From an uncultured cyanobacterium (lineage in GTDB: Bacteria; Cyanobacteriota; Cyanobacteriia; Pseudanabaenales; Pseudanabaenaceae), in contig OY969811.1 in NCBI GenBank assembly GCA_963703315.1, positions 640,001-704,000 on the forward strand: a stretch of DNA of 64,000 nt. Direction: 5' to 3'. Both the position numbers and the translations under genes were made by a program. Numbering within the stretch: position 1 is the first letter of the stretch; every line of letters begins with the position of its first letter. Of this stretch, positions 29,063 to 39,873 are shown in pieces. Below the pieces are notes generated by a model that did no database searches, had not been told where the DNA came from, and saw only the letters and a program-made list of their open reading frames with translations.

Positions 29063-29926
29063 ATGAATAGCTCCAATAATTTGCGATCAAATAATTTGCC
29101 TACTTGTTCGCTACAAAAAGTATTTACTAAAGTATCTATAGCGTTTCACAGGCTAGTGAATTACAGAATTGTTTCCCCGCCTTTAGCGGGGAAACAATTC
29201 TCTAAAAATCGCTACATATCTGATGACTGGAATGGCATATTAATTGTCATTACTATTTTCAGTCTTTGGTTTGTTAGCTTATTTAGCTTACTTTCAACTT
29301 CAGTTGTAAATATTTCTTGGTTTTGGTTAATTGCCGCTATTTGGGGGCGGACATTTCTCCATACTGGCTTATTTATTCTTGCCCATGACGCGATGCACGG
29401 CAATCTCGTCCCTAGTAATAGAAATCTAAATAATATTATCGGTTGGCTTGCGGTTAGAATTTATGCTCTTCTACCCTACGATCGCTGTTCTCTAAATCAC
29501 GCTAATCACCATCGCTATCCTTCTCAAACTGGCGATCCTGATTTTCATGGTGGTCTGTCACATCCGATATTTTGGTACTGTAAGTTCTTGAGCGAATACT
29601 TTTCATGGCGATCGCTCATCATTTTCTTAGCTAGCATGATCATCATATTTGGAAGCTTGATGATTATATGTAAGGTTGCCCTAGTAAACCTAATTCTCTT
29701 TTGGCTTGTTCCGCTTATCCTTAGCTCCATACAGTTGTTTTACTTTGGGACATATCTTCCCCATCATCAAGTTTACCCAAATCCAAATTTCTCTCCTCGG
29801 ATTGAGTCTAGTTTCTATTCTGTTTTATGGTCTTTTTTAAGTTGCTATAACTTCGGTCATTACCATTGGGAACATCATGAATATCCTAAAACCCCTTGGT
29901 ATAGATTGCCTAACATTCATCAATAG
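29063..29926 (+). CDS. crtW: Beta-carotene ketolase
   Basis: GLFILAHDAMHG, HANHH, GDPDF, QLFYFGTYLPH, YHWEHHEYP..PWY.LP. Confidence 0.88.
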   Translation: MNSSNNLRSNNLPTCSLQKVFTKVSIAFHRLVNYRIVSPPLAGKQFSKNRYISDDWNGILIVITIFSLWFVSLFSLLSTSVVNISWFWLIAAIWGRTFLHTGLFILAHDAMHGNLVPSNRNLNNIIGWLAVRIYALLPYDRCSLNHANHHRYPSQTGDPDFHGGLSHPIFWYCKFLSEYFSWRSLIIFLASMIIIFGSLMIICKVALVNLILFWLVPLILSSIQLFYFGTYLPHHQVYPNPNFSPRIESSFYSVLWSFLSCYNFGHYHWEHHEYPKTPWYRLPNIHQ

Positions 29927-30008
29927 TGAAGTCGCTCTGGGGCAAGGCGTGCAGCTAGCGATCGCTGTCGATCTTCCGTACTTGGGTCGTTAAATACAAA
30001 CTGAGTGA

Positions 30009-30914
30009 TTAAAAATATAAGAGTTCAATCCCTGACTCTGTGCAAGCAGTTGCGAGTAAATCGCTAAGCTCTAATTCCATTGCCCACTTTTGCAAATACT
30101 CAAAATCTAAGCGATCGCCCTGCAATTTCAACACCCCTAAAACATCGCGCCATTGCCTCTGAGATTCATTTTTAGTCATGCGATACCAAGTCAACTTTTG
30201 CAAAATAATATCTTCGGGAGTTGGTAATACCAACATTTGATCGGGATTTTGCCTAACAAGTTGCGATCGGCGGCGTTGAAACTCAATTTGGGGGAAAGCA
30301 TTATCTTTGAGAATAAAAATATCTACTTTTCCAAGAGATTCATTATCAATTAAATTAAATGAGCGTTTGAATCTAATTGCATCTCTTACTGCATCTTCGG
30401 AAACATAAAATCTTGGTTGTAAAGATTGCAATAACAGATCTATTTTTTCTATCTTGATGTCAGCGACAATATCCACATCTTCAGTCGCTCGCATTTCTCC
30501 CATCAATGTACTTGCAACCGAACCACCAATTAAGTAAGGAATATCCAGTGCATTCAGAATCTCAGCAACATCAAGGGCAAGGGAAATGGGATCGATAAGC
30601 ATAAGCGTTTGACTATATTCAGAAATAAGTTGATAAATAGAGTCAGGGAAGCTAGATTTTAGCGTGGCTCTAGCAAATTCGTATCTTAGCTTTGATAGGC
30701 TTGCCTCTGGATACCTTTGTCTAAGACCAATTAAACACAATTCCAAACAGCCCTCTGTCCAGCTACTCAACTTATTAGCTTTTTGAATTTGTGTCAAAGA
30801 TTTCCACAAGTCAAATAGATACATCTCCGCATCGATGGTGGTATCGATGGATTGGGTTTTGTATCCCGCAGGTACGCGGCGATCGCCTGTTCCTTTAACC
30901 TCTAACGCTTTCAT
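30009..30914 (-). CDS. Nucleotidyltransferase-like protein with a fused N-terminal helical domain
   Basis: YLIGGSVAS...RATEDVD; PEDIILQKL; RQWRDV; start probably ATG 30914. Confidence 0.7.
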   Translation of the reverse strand: MKALEVKGTGDRRVPAGYKTQSIDTTIDAEMYLFDLWKSLTQIQKANKLSSWTEGCLELCLIGLRQRYPEASLSKLRYEFARATLKSSFPDSIYQLISEYSQTLMLIDPISLALDVAEILNALDIPYLIGGSVASTLMGEMRATEDVDIVADIKIEKIDLLLQSLQPRFYVSEDAVRDAIRFKRSFNLIDNESLGKVDIFILKDNAFPQIEFQRRRSQLVRQNPDQMLVLPTPEDIILQKLTWYRMTKNESQRQWRDVLGVLKLQGDRLDFEYLQKWAMELELSDLLATACTESGIELLYF

Positions 30915-30943
30915 AATCCTCAGATGTATAACTTGGCGTGAAT

Positions 30944-31030
30944 TACAGCGCTTTGCGCTCAAACCCGAACCAAGAAATTTTTAAAAGCGTTGCAAAGCAA
31001 CGCTTTTAAAAATTTCTTGTGGTTCTTTTG
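30944..31030. mobile_element. Family C element
   Basis: TACAGCGCTTTGCGCT end; aagaaatttttaaaagcgttgc-aaa-gcaacgcttttaaaaatttctt. Confidence 0.7.
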
Positions 31031-31048
31031 ATCGAAAAAGTCATTAGT

Positions 31049-32023
31049 TCATCGTTTGAGACGATTGATTTGCTCTTGCAGTTCATCGATTTGACGCTTG
31101 AGGCGATCGGCTTCAGTTTCGGACTTTTGAGTTTCTTGAGGAGTTTGCGAAATATCGACTGCCCCAGTCGTGTCGCCGCGCTTGTAGTTTCCAGACTTGA
31201 TATTGCGATATTCTTCCGAATCTGCCCAATCACGGATATAGTGAACGCGCTCAACAGGAAAAGGATGACTGAGCATCGAGCCAGCACCAAAACCGTTGTA
31301 GAGCATAAATTTATAGATTTGATTGAGATTATCTTTATCAAGTTCTTGATAAGCATCCGATTGACGGATAAATTCGGGCAAGCTTAACTCGTGAGCAAAA
31401 GCCGAACTTCCACCCGATAGCTTCATCATTGTGGAGAGAACTGTATCTAGGTTGTCAGTGACTAAAAATGCGGCGCGATCGCTAGATAATTCTGCCTTGC
31501 GTCGCCATTCAAAAAAGGCGTAAATCAACCCACTGCTGACGATACCACCTAAACCGAAAGTCATTTCGCTAATGGTCGAAACTACACTCATCACCCACAT
31601 CGCCATTTGGATGAGCGTGGTGTGACCGCACTTGATATGACCAAGTTCATGGGCAAGTACAGAGCGAATTTCTTCTTCGGTTAACAGGTCTAATAATCCT
31701 GAATTAATCACAATGTAGGGGTGATCTTTGCCGAGCGCATAACTATTTGCCACAGGATTTTGGGAGACAAATAGAACTGGTTCAGGTTGGACATCGAGAT
31801 CAGCAACACATTCCCTAAAAATCCGATGAATCGTGGCATATTGGCGGTGACTAACCTGAATGCTATTGCCAATGTGGTAAATCGTCTGCGGACGCTCGTA
31901 CATAAACTCGACAAATTTACCCGCCACGAGGTCAAACCCTGGTACGCTGCGGAGGGCTTGTTCGGCTTGGCGATCGAGGGGATGTCGAAAGGCTTCGCTA
32001 GAAATTCCTGTATAACGTGGCAT
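31049..32023 (-). CDS. M48 family metallopeptidase
   Basis: AHELGHIK, RKAELSSDR, SHPFPVER. Confidence 0.92.
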   Translation of the reverse strand: MPRYTGISSEAFRHPLDRQAEQALRSVPGFDLVAGKFVEFMYERPQTIYHIGNSIQVSHRQYATIHRIFRECVADLDVQPEPVLFVSQNPVANSYALGKDHPYIVINSGLLDLLTEEEIRSVLAHELGHIKCGHTTLIQMAMWVMSVVSTISEMTFGLGGIVSSGLIYAFFEWRRKAELSSDRAAFLVTDNLDTVLSTMMKLSGGSSAFAHELSLPEFIRQSDAYQELDKDNLNQIYKFMLYNGFGAGSMLSHPFPVERVHYIRDWADSEEYRNIKSGNYKRGDTTGAVDISQTPQETQKSETEADRLKRQIDELQEQINRLKR

Positions 32024-32112
32024 AGGTTTGTCCGTTTGTTGTGATATTCGCGATTTATTTCTAATTTATTTTATCGCAAACGTAAAAGGAGGTGCTTCAC
32101 ACCCTATGTACT

Positions 32113-32195
32113 TACAGTAATTTGCGTTCAACCCAAAACCAAGTAATTGTTTAAAAGTGTTGCTTTGCAACACTTTTAAACAATTACTTGCTGTA
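32113..32195. mobile_element. Family C element
   Basis: TACAG...GCTGTA; caagtaattgtttaaaagtgttgc-ttt-gcaacacttttaaacaattacttg. Confidence 0.7.
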
Positions 32196-32196
32196 G

Positions 32197-32691
32197 CTAC
32201 GATGGGGCATGAAAGCGGCGTACTAGGATTACAGACCACCAGATCATGAATAGAACAAATGCACCTAATAAAGCCCAAGGCACAGGAGCGATGAGATCCT
32301 TGATCGGGCTGAGATTGGCTACGAAGGTGAGATGGAATATGATCACCATTAACAGCATCGTAGCCACACCAAACCAAGAAAAATGCACATTGAGAAACTG
32401 TAATGACTCTTCGCGCCGATCGCCTGACAGCCAAAATTCCCGATGGGGCAAGTTAATTATGGAAGTGGGTAAATAGTTGAGAACTAAAGGCAGTACTAGT
32501 GTAAAAGAACTAGTGATTGCTAAGGATACAAAATAGACGATAAAGTAGCCGACTTTAGAAGAGGTTCCATTGACTTTGCCCAATGCATCAAAATGGGAGC
32601 CGACAACTTCAGGTAACAATGGATAGAAGTAAGCGCTTTGGGCGATCGCCACACCAAACAAAAACAGAATAATATACAACGGTAATTTCAT
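32197..32691 (-). CDS. DUF1648 membrane protein
   Basis: YPLLPEVVGSHFDALGKVNG; INLPHREFW. Confidence 0.8.
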   Translation of the reverse strand: MKLPLYIILFLFGVAIAQSAYFYPLLPEVVGSHFDALGKVNGTSSKVGYFIVYFVSLAITSSFTLVLPLVLNYLPTSIINLPHREFWLSGDRREESLQFLNVHFSWFGVATMLLMVIIFHLTFVANLSPIKDLIAPVPWALLGAFVLFMIWWSVILVRRFHAPS

Positions 32692-32859
32692 CGCTGTATG
32701 CTCCTTGAGATTATTTTGTAATTATAAACCCCAAATGAGAGTGGCGGCGCTATGCGCCGCCACTCTCATTTGGGGGGTAATTGGGGATTGTTGTAACAAA
32801 ATTCCATAGGTAGGATGCGTTACCTCCTCTAGGAGGCTAAAGTATAAATAGATATTTAT

Positions 32860-34005
32860 ATGGAGTTACATAGCGTGCCACCAACTAAAACCGCCCAAAT
32901 TTCAAGTCAAGAGACATCCATATTAGATGCCAACTTAGATCAAGATTTAGAACAGATCAAAACTAGCGATCTCCATGTGGTCGAAACCTGTCCACTGTTA
33001 GCGCCTGTGGAGATCAAAACCGAATTACCGATTACTCCCGCGATCGCTAAGGTCGTCTCTGGCGCAAGAAATCGCATCCGTAATATTTTAAACGGGAGCG
33101 ATCGCCGCCTATTGGTGGTAGTTGGTCCCTGCTCGATTCATGATGTCAAGGCAGCTAAGGAATATGCCACAAAATTAGCCAAATTTCGCGATGAGGTCAG
33201 TGATGCCCTCGAAATCGTGATGCGGGTCTATTTCGAGAAGCCGCGCACCACGATCGGCTGGAAAGGTTTAATCAATGACCCACACCTCAACGGCACATTT
33301 GATATTAACTATGGGCTTCGCATGGCAAGGGAGCTATTGCTTGATGTCGCAAAATTAGGCTTGCCCAGTGCGACGGAATTACTTGATCCAATCGTGCCAC
33401 AGTACTTAGCGGATTTGATTTCTTGGACAGCGATCGGCGCAAGAACCACCGAAAGCCAAACTCACCGTGAAATGTCTTCGGGTTTATCAATGCCTGTGGG
33501 TTTCAAAAATGGCACGGATGGCAGCATTGACGTGGCGATTAACGCGATGCTATCGGCACGCCAGCCCCACCGTTTTCTCGGTGTCAGCAATGAGGGTAGA
33601 TCGAGCATTGTCACTACGACAGGCAATCCTGACGGACATATTGTGTTGCGTGGTGGTAAACAAGGACCTAACTATGACAAGGTTCATGTCGAAGCGATCG
33701 CCCATCGTCTTAGCGATCGTAATTTACTGCCTTACATGATGGTCGATTGCAGTCATGACAATAGCGGTCAAGACTACAAAAATCAGCCGATTGTGTTACA
33801 AGATATTGCCGAACAAGTGCGTAATGGCTCCGAATATATTGTCGGCATCATGCTCGAAAGCCATCTCAATCGTGGTAAGCAACCTTTGCATGATTTGGCA
33901 AAATTGGAATATGGCAAGAGTATTACTGACGGTTGTATTAACTTTGAGACGACTGTTGAGACTTTAACCGATCTGGCGAATGCTGTTAGAGAAGGTCGTT
34001 ACTAG
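32860..34005 (+). CDS. 3-deoxy-7-phosphoheptulonate (DAHP) synthase, class I-alpha (AroF/G/H type)
   Basis: GPCSIHD, RVYFEKPRTTIGWKG, IGARTTESQTHRE, YGKSITDGC. Confidence 0.95.
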   Translation: MELHSVPPTKTAQISSQETSILDANLDQDLEQIKTSDLHVVETCPLLAPVEIKTELPITPAIAKVVSGARNRIRNILNGSDRRLLVVVGPCSIHDVKAAKEYATKLAKFRDEVSDALEIVMRVYFEKPRTTIGWKGLINDPHLNGTFDINYGLRMARELLLDVAKLGLPSATELLDPIVPQYLADLISWTAIGARTTESQTHREMSSGLSMPVGFKNGTDGSIDVAINAMLSARQPHRFLGVSNEGRSSIVTTTGNPDGHIVLRGGKQGPNYDKVHVEAIAHRLSDRNLLPYMMVDCSHDNSGQDYKNQPIVLQDIAEQVRNGSEYIVGIMLESHLNRGKQPLHDLAKLEYGKSITDGCINFETTVETLTDLANAVREGRY

Positions 34006-34015
34006 GGACTGCTAA

Positions 34016-34191
34016 TACAGCCTGTTGAGACTTTTAGTAGTACGGAGAAAATTCTGAAAGCGCGGCTTTGCCGCGCTTTCAGAATTTTCTCTAGGTTTTA
34101 AGGCACTAGTCAGCTAAATAAAAACCTGTGGCGATCGCGCAGCGATCGCCACAGGTTTTTGCTCTGGTTTTTAATTATGCCCAGCTACTTA
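34016..34191. mobile_element. Cluster of elements: family C, GGCACT.GTCAGCTAA end, and family A (HIP1-converted core)
   Basis: TACAGCCTG end; two hairpins; AGCTACT-TA end overlapping the DUF2301 stop codon. Confidence 0.7.
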
Positions 34192-34857
34192 AATTGCTTG
34201 TTGTTTTTGAGCTTTAAGGTAGGCAAACACCGACTTATCTCCAATATCGGGTGGAATATCTTGAATTAATTTACGGATTGCAAAAATAGTAAACAAAACT
34301 GCCCAAATACCTAATAAACCTCGCTCGATCGCTAGGGGCAAGATATTCACTAAATGCCCAAGAATCAGCATAGGTAACAAAGGAACTAAAAACTTAGTTT
34401 CAAATCGATTAAAACAAAATGTCTCTTTAAAGAAAATCCCTGTCAGTGCGGCAAAAGTAAAACCCACACCAATTAGAGCGATCGGATGCTCATAAATAGC
34501 GATCGCCAAGGGTTCTGGGAAATACATTGCTATACCGACCGAGGCGATCGCCCCGATTGCCCAAAAAAGCTGTAAAACCCGATGCAATAATTCCAAATAA
34601 ATATGAATTGTCCAAAGCGCTACACCTAAGCCTATCGAAAAGACCACATATAGCCACGTTAACCAATTTACAATTTCAGGGTTACTAGGCTGCACAAGGA
34701 CTAATGAAGCTCCAACCGTAAAACATAGCGCTGCGATCGCCAAAGCACTACGATAAATAATTACACTGAGTCGATCAGCTTTCGTAATTGTGAACTCACC
34801 AAATTGACCTTGATGAACTTCAGATGACCTTTCCACAAATTTCTCCACCAATAGCAA
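34189..34857 (-). CDS. DUF2301 integral membrane protein
   Basis: GQFGEFTIT..DR..V..YR; FKETFCF; DIGDKSVF. Confidence 0.85.
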   Translation of the reverse strand: MLLVEKFVERSSEVHQGQFGEFTITKADRLSVIIYRSALAIAALCFTVGASLVLVQPSNPEIVNWLTWLYVVFSIGLGVALWTIHIYLELLHRVLQLFWAIGAIASVGIAMYFPEPLAIAIYEHPIALIGVGFTFAALTGIFFKETFCFNRFETKFLVPLLPMLILGHLVNILPLAIERGLLGIWAVLFTIFAIRKLIQDIPPDIGDKSVFAYLKAQKQQAI

Positions 34858-35130
34858 CTATATAAAATCTAAAAATAGCGTTGTCATTTTTAGATTTTAA
34901 AACCCTTACTGGGTTTTGTTTTTAATTTACAAAAGGGTGTCAACACTTTTGTGAATTAGGGTTCTTATCTTACTGTGAGTCTCTTAGTAAAATTATAAAT
35001 GACGCGAAGCTAACTCTATATTTTTAATGATTGCTAAAATGGTCATAATGCTTTAATATCTTGCAGTCAAAATCGACAAAAATCGGATGACGCTGTACCG
35101 AAAAACAAGTAGGCAGCAGAGGAACTTTTT

Positions 35131-35994
35131 ATGCGTATCTATTACCTAGCTGGTGTGATTCTTAGCGTTACTGCAATCCTTAGTGCTTGCGGTGAGGGTA
35201 CACCTACTGAATGTACGATTACCTCAGCGCGAGACGCTAGGTCGGGCATTATTAAAACTGCTAAATTTGCTCCTGGGACAGATTGCGAGGAAATGAGAAA
35301 GCTTGCCGAAGAAGGAAAGCCACTACCCAGTATTGCTGATGCAACTACTAAAAGTGCTGCACCAAAGGCTTCTGCAACGCCTACCGCACCTACTTTTAAT
35401 ACTCCATTTGTGACAGGACAAAAAACGCAAGAACTAATTGCAACTACTGATAAAAAGGCAAGAGTTCAGGAACTAGAGAAACAAGTCGGTATAGACTCTA
35501 AGCAATTGCGTGACCCTTTCACTAGCACTGTCATTAATCCAGTACCAAAATTAGAAACCTTACTTGCAAAACCCAAAGAAGTTAAGCTCCCTGCTGCTGT
35601 AGTTGTCCGAACAACCAGTCGTTTGCCAGATAAAGTGAAAGTTGTTGTCCCTCCTGATACTAAAGCCGCCGAAGGTACAAAAGTAACGGGTACTGTTGAA
35701 CTCTCAGGCACGATTTATGCAATTATCCAAGCCTTTGATGAGCCAACTTCGCGTTATGTCAGGGCTGGTCAGATGATTTCTAATGGCAGGGTATTAGTTA
35801 AACGTATTGATACTAATGCTGAGCCTCCGATTGTTGTACTACAGCAAAATGGAGTCGAGGTGTTACGTCCTGTAGGTGCGCCTGTGATTGGTGCTGCAAA
35901 TACTAATCAGCCTCCCAATTCTCCAGATCCAACAAATTCGTCATCACAGAATAATACTCCGCTTACTCTTCCGCCATTAATGCCTCCTCAATAA
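35131..35994 (+). CDS. Putative lipoprotein, possibly PilP-like
   Basis: LSAC lipobox; RDPF motif; EPTSRYVRAGQMISNGRVLVKRI. Confidence 0.55.
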   Translation: MRIYYLAGVILSVTAILSACGEGTPTECTITSARDARSGIIKTAKFAPGTDCEEMRKLAEEGKPLPSIADATTKSAAPKASATPTAPTFNTPFVTGQKTQELIATTDKKARVQELEKQVGIDSKQLRDPFTSTVINPVPKLETLLAKPKEVKLPAAVVVRTTSRLPDKVKVVVPPDTKAAEGTKVTGTVELSGTIYAIIQAFDEPTSRYVRAGQMISNGRVLVKRIDTNAEPPIVVLQQNGVEVLRPVGAPVIGAANTNQPPNSPDPTNSSSQNNTPLTLPPLMPPQ

Positions 35995-36080
35995 AACAAA
36001 AAAGAGAATGCTTAGTGGAGTGTGGCGAAGCCACACTCCACTAAATAAAAAATAGAGTAAGGATGTAAGACTCCCTATTC

Positions 36081-36167
36081 TATAGCCATATAAAACCCAA
36101 AAGAGAGTTGCGGCGCGAAGCGCCGCAACTCTCTTTTGGGTTTTATGTCTTAACTTGCTTGGCTATA
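36081..36167. mobile_element. Family B element
   Basis: TATAGCC...GGCTATA; long perfect arms with a GAA loop. Confidence 0.78.
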
Positions 36168-36190
36168 TTTTTTGATTGGCAACAGCTATG

Positions 36191-36715
36191 CTACTTTTTG
36201 GGAGCCATTAACATCGTAATGTTTCTGCCTTCACGCTTAGGATATTGCTGAATTTCAGCAACAGATTCGAGATCGCTTGCCATACGATTTAACAAGACCT
36301 CGGCAAGATCAACGTGTTGGATTTCTCGACCACGAAACATTACTGTTGCTTTGACTTTATCGCCTTCTTTCAAGAAGCGCTCAGCATGATTGATTCTCAC
36401 TTTATAGTCATGTTCTTCAATCTTGTAGCGCATCTTCACTTCCTTGACATCAGAAGTATGTTGCTTTTTACGAGCTTCCCTTGCCTTCTTTTCTTGCTCA
36501 AACTTGAATTTGCCATAGTCCATGATCCGACAAACAGGAGGATCGGCTTTGTCGCTAACTAGTACAAGGTCTAGCTCTTTTTCTTCAGCCATTTTCAAGG
36601 CTTCTTTGGGAGTTAGGATGCCGAGTTGCTCCCCCTCCCCATCAATGACTCGGATTTTTGGATATCTGATGCGTTCGTTGATTTGGGGAAGGTCTTTAAT
36701 TGGCTTTTTAGTCAT
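36191..36715 (-). CDS. infC: Translation initiation factor IF-3
   Basis: [32 protein letters not shown]. Confidence 0.97.
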   Translation of the reverse strand: MTKKPIKDLPQINERIRYPKIRVIDGEGEQLGILTPKEALKMAEEKELDLVLVSDKADPPVCRIMDYGKFKFEQEKKAREARKKQHTSDVKEVKMRYKIEEHDYKVRINHAERFLKEGDKVKATVMFRGREIQHVDLAEVLLNRMASDLESVAEIQQYPKREGRNITMLMAPKK

Positions 36716-36894
36716 GAAATCTCTGTTGTCTAGACTCTTGGGGGTATTGGTTTAAATTACTAATGGTTTACAAATATATGCTGATACTAAGCTTTATATG
36801 CAAATCAAGTATTTGATATATTTTAGCTTAGCAGTTTTTTTGCTTGACATAAACGTTTAAGTATAGTACGAACTACCACTTCATGTGTCAAGTA

Positions 36895-38025
36895 TTAGGC
36901 AAGCATTTTTCGTAAATTTTGTTTAACTAGGTCACCTGTAACCCGATCGCTTAAGGTCACATTACCGATCGCCGTTGGCAAAATGAACCGTACTTTACCA
37001 GCTTCAACTTTTTTATCGGTGGATAGGGAAGCGACAAGTGCCTCTTGATCAATATCTGTAGGTAGGGTTTGTGGTAAACGAGTTTTGGCAATGATAGCAA
37101 CTTGTTGAGCTTGCTCTTCTGCTGACCATAGACCTAGATCAACGGCGATCGCTCCTGCAATGACCATACCTAAGCCCACAGCTTCGCCATGATTGTAAAG
37201 ACGATAATTGGTAACAGACTCGATCGCATGACCGACAGTATGACCATAGTTAAGAATGGCGCGAAGATTGCCTTCTTTTTCATCTTTGGATACGACTTCG
37301 GCTTTGGCTTTAGCGCAACGATACAAAATGTTGTGCAGAAGTTCAGGTTTAACATAGCGCAACTGATCGAGGCGATCGCATTGAGCTAATAAATCGAATA
37401 ATTCCCGATCCCAGATTACACCGTACTTAATGACCTCTGCCATTGCTGAGCGAAACTCACGGGCAGGAAGGGTCTTTAAGACTTCGGGATCAATCCAGAC
37501 TAAACGGGGTTGATAGAATGCCCCAATCAGGTTTTTACCCTGTGGATGGTTGATCCCCGTCTTGCCACCGATCGCCGAGTCCACCATCGCTAAAAGTGTC
37601 GTTGGTACTTGGACGAGATCAATTCCCCGTAGCCAAGTTGCGGCGGCATAGCCCGACATATCACCAATCACGCCACCACCGAGAGCAATAATTAAGGAAG
37701 AACGCTCCAAGCGATGCTCAAGGGCAGCATCATAGATTTTTTGGAGTGAATTTGCGGTTTTAAATCTTTCTCCTGCGGGCAGTATTAAGTGAGCCACCTC
37801 AAAGCCAGCATTACTTAGGGATGTCTGGACAGTCTCACCATAATGCTTATAAATAACAGGATTGGAAACAATCAGGACTTTTTTGCTTTTCTTGCCTAAG
37901 CCAATTTCTACTAATTTACTGCCTAAGTTTTTAAGACTATGGGATGCGATCGCAATGTCATAACTGCGATTTGGCTGATTGTCGCCATTAAGTGCAACGG
38001 TAACGGTTGCGGAATTTTCGGACAT
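36895..38025 (-). CDS. aroB: 3-dehydroquinate synthase
   Basis: [37 protein letters not shown]. Confidence 0.97.
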   Translation of the reverse strand: MSENSATVTVALNGDNQPNRSYDIAIASHSLKNLGSKLVEIGLGKKSKKVLIVSNPVIYKHYGETVQTSLSNAGFEVAHLILPAGERFKTANSLQKIYDAALEHRLERSSLIIALGGGVIGDMSGYAAATWLRGIDLVQVPTTLLAMVDSAIGGKTGINHPQGKNLIGAFYQPRLVWIDPEVLKTLPAREFRSAMAEVIKYGVIWDRELFDLLAQCDRLDQLRYVKPELLHNILYRCAKAKAEVVSKDEKEGNLRAILNYGHTVGHAIESVTNYRLYNHGEAVGLGMVIAGAIAVDLGLWSAEEQAQQVAIIAKTRLPQTLPTDIDQEALVASLSTDKKVEAGKVRFILPTAIGNVTLSDRVTGDLVKQNLRKMLA

Positions 38026-38122
38026 ATTTCTGATTAACTGATCTAGTCCTTATGTTAGCAGCGATCATGTTTTCAAATCTTGCAACCTAGAAACAAAAAG
38101 AGACGCTTCGCGTCTCTTTTTG

Positions 38123-39106
38123 TTATTTAGTCATGGCTTGGCATAACTCAATGATGGCAGTTTGCAGAGTGGCGGTTTCATCCTTTCCATGCTTGAGATC
38201 GGCTTCTAACCGTAACAAAATACTCAGCGATCGCATTAGCTTCTGACTATTTAACCCCTGTACCTCTTGCTTCAAGAAATAAACCCGCTTAGGATTACCA
38301 ATTTCGGCAGCATCAGCGATCGCCTTATCATCGCGCTCACCCGATTCCTGCATCAGCTTAATCCAAAGCCATGTGCGAAACTGTCCTACCAAAGTTGCAC
38401 AAATTCGCAAACCGACTTCGTTATTTCGTAGTAACTCAGCAATTAATGAAAGAGCTTGACTCGTATTAGCGGAACGAATCGCACTAGCTAATTGCAAACT
38501 ATTGTGGGCTGAGGCTTGGACAAGTGGAGCAATTTCTTGAGCAGTAAGTGGTTTTGATTTTCCATAATGAGATAGTTGCAATTTTTGCAATTCCATTGTT
38601 AGACGACGTGTATCATTACCAATTGCATCAACCAGCAAATCTATGCCATCTGATGCTATTTTTAAGTCAATTTCGCCAGCAGCCTGTTTTACTAACTGGG
38701 CGATCGCATCAGTTTTCCAAGGAGGTATTAAGGAAAACTCTAAGACTTGGGCATACTTCTGCAATAATTTGGTAGATTTGGCTCTCCCATCAGGCTTATT
38801 CGATGATGTAAACAGGATATAGGAGTCTACAGGCAAATGAGTAAACGTTCTTTCTAACTCTGTTAGCAGCGATTCAGAACAGCGTTGGGCGATTAATGTA
38901 TCTGCCAACCAAGTTAAGCGACTACCCATCCCAAAGGGAGAAGTGACAGCTTGGTTCAGCCCATCCATTACCTCAAGATCCCCAGTAGCATTGATTTTCA
39001 CATAATTAAAATCACGCCACATCGGATCGACATGAGTATCTATCAGTTTTTTGACTGCTTGAGAAATTTGATAGTCGTCATCGCCCCAATAAAAGTAGAC
39101 AGGCAT
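38123..39106 (-). CDS. holA: DNA polymerase III subunit delta
   Basis: MPVYFYWGDD, PFGMGSRL, KPDGR.K cyanobacterial HolA pattern. Confidence 0.88.
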   Translation of the reverse strand: MPVYFYWGDDDYQISQAVKKLIDTHVDPMWRDFNYVKINATGDLEVMDGLNQAVTSPFGMGSRLTWLADTLIAQRCSESLLTELERTFTHLPVDSYILFTSSNKPDGRAKSTKLLQKYAQVLEFSLIPPWKTDAIAQLVKQAAGEIDLKIASDGIDLLVDAIGNDTRRLTMELQKLQLSHYGKSKPLTAQEIAPLVQASAHNSLQLASAIRSANTSQALSLIAELLRNNEVGLRICATLVGQFRTWLWIKLMQESGERDDKAIADAAEIGNPKRVYFLKQEVQGLNSQKLMRSLSILLRLEADLKHGKDETATLQTAIIELCQAMTK

Positions 39107-39147
39107 TGTATGATTAGTTCAACTATGTGGTGTGGTGTAGAGATTTG

Positions 39148-39840
39148 ATGATTACTAGAAGCAAAGAAAATAGTCAAGTTAGCCTCCGTACAAAGAAATC
39201 GGTTACAGAGCGTACAGATTATTATGCAAATTGGGGGAAAAGAAGCTTTGATATCTTGTTTGCATCAATTGTTTTAACTGTATTTTCGCCAATTTATTTG
39301 GCGATCGCTGTACTGATTTTCATTAGTTCTCCTGGTTCGGTTTTATATATTCATCCGAGAGTTGGTTTAAATGGTTCTAGATTTAACTGTATTAAGTTTA
39401 GAACCATGATTAATGGAGCGGATCAAGCTCTTGAGAGCTATTTAAACTCCTGCCCAATTAGTCGCGCCGAATACGAAGCATCTTTTAAACTCAAACATGA
39501 TCCTCGGATTACTAAAATTGGTAGATTCTTAAGAACAACGAGTTTAGATGAGTTACCTCAATTCTGGAATGTACTAGTTGGTGATATGAGTGTGGTTGGT
39601 CCCCGCCCACTAGTGAAAGCAGAATTGGTGAAGTATGGCTCGGCGATCGATAAGGTACTCAGTGTTCGCCCAGGGATTGCAGGATTATGGCAAGTCTCAG
39701 GACGTAATGATATTCCCTATTCTAAGCGTGTCCAAATAGATGCTAGCTATGTCAGACGTATGAGTTTTTGGCTAGATATCAAGTTGATTTTTAAAACTAT
39801 TTTGGTAGTTATCTTTCCGAAAGGAAATGGTGCATACTAA
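39148..39840 (+). CDS. Bacterial sugar transferase (undecaprenyl-phosphate glycosylphosphotransferase)
   Basis: KRSFDI, KFRTM, DPRIT.IG.FLR.TSLDELPQ, GDMSVVGPRP. Confidence 0.92.
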   Translation: MITRSKENSQVSLRTKKSVTERTDYYANWGKRSFDILFASIVLTVFSPIYLAIAVLIFISSPGSVLYIHPRVGLNGSRFNCIKFRTMINGADQALESYLNSCPISRAEYEASFKLKHDPRITKIGRFLRTTSLDELPQFWNVLVGDMSVVGPRPLVKAELVKYGSAIDKVLSVRPGIAGLWQVSGRNDIPYSKRVQIDASYVRRMSFWLDIKLIFKTILVVIFPKGNGAY

Positions 39841-39873
39841 AAAAAAGGAGCGCTCAGCGCTCCTTTTTTTTAG

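Noticed and set aside
29908..29995. Possible second attC (GCCTAAC ... GTTAAAT, 88 bp) at the end of crtW
   Set aside because: L boxes are not complementary and R'' lies within crtW codons; at best a right-half remnant
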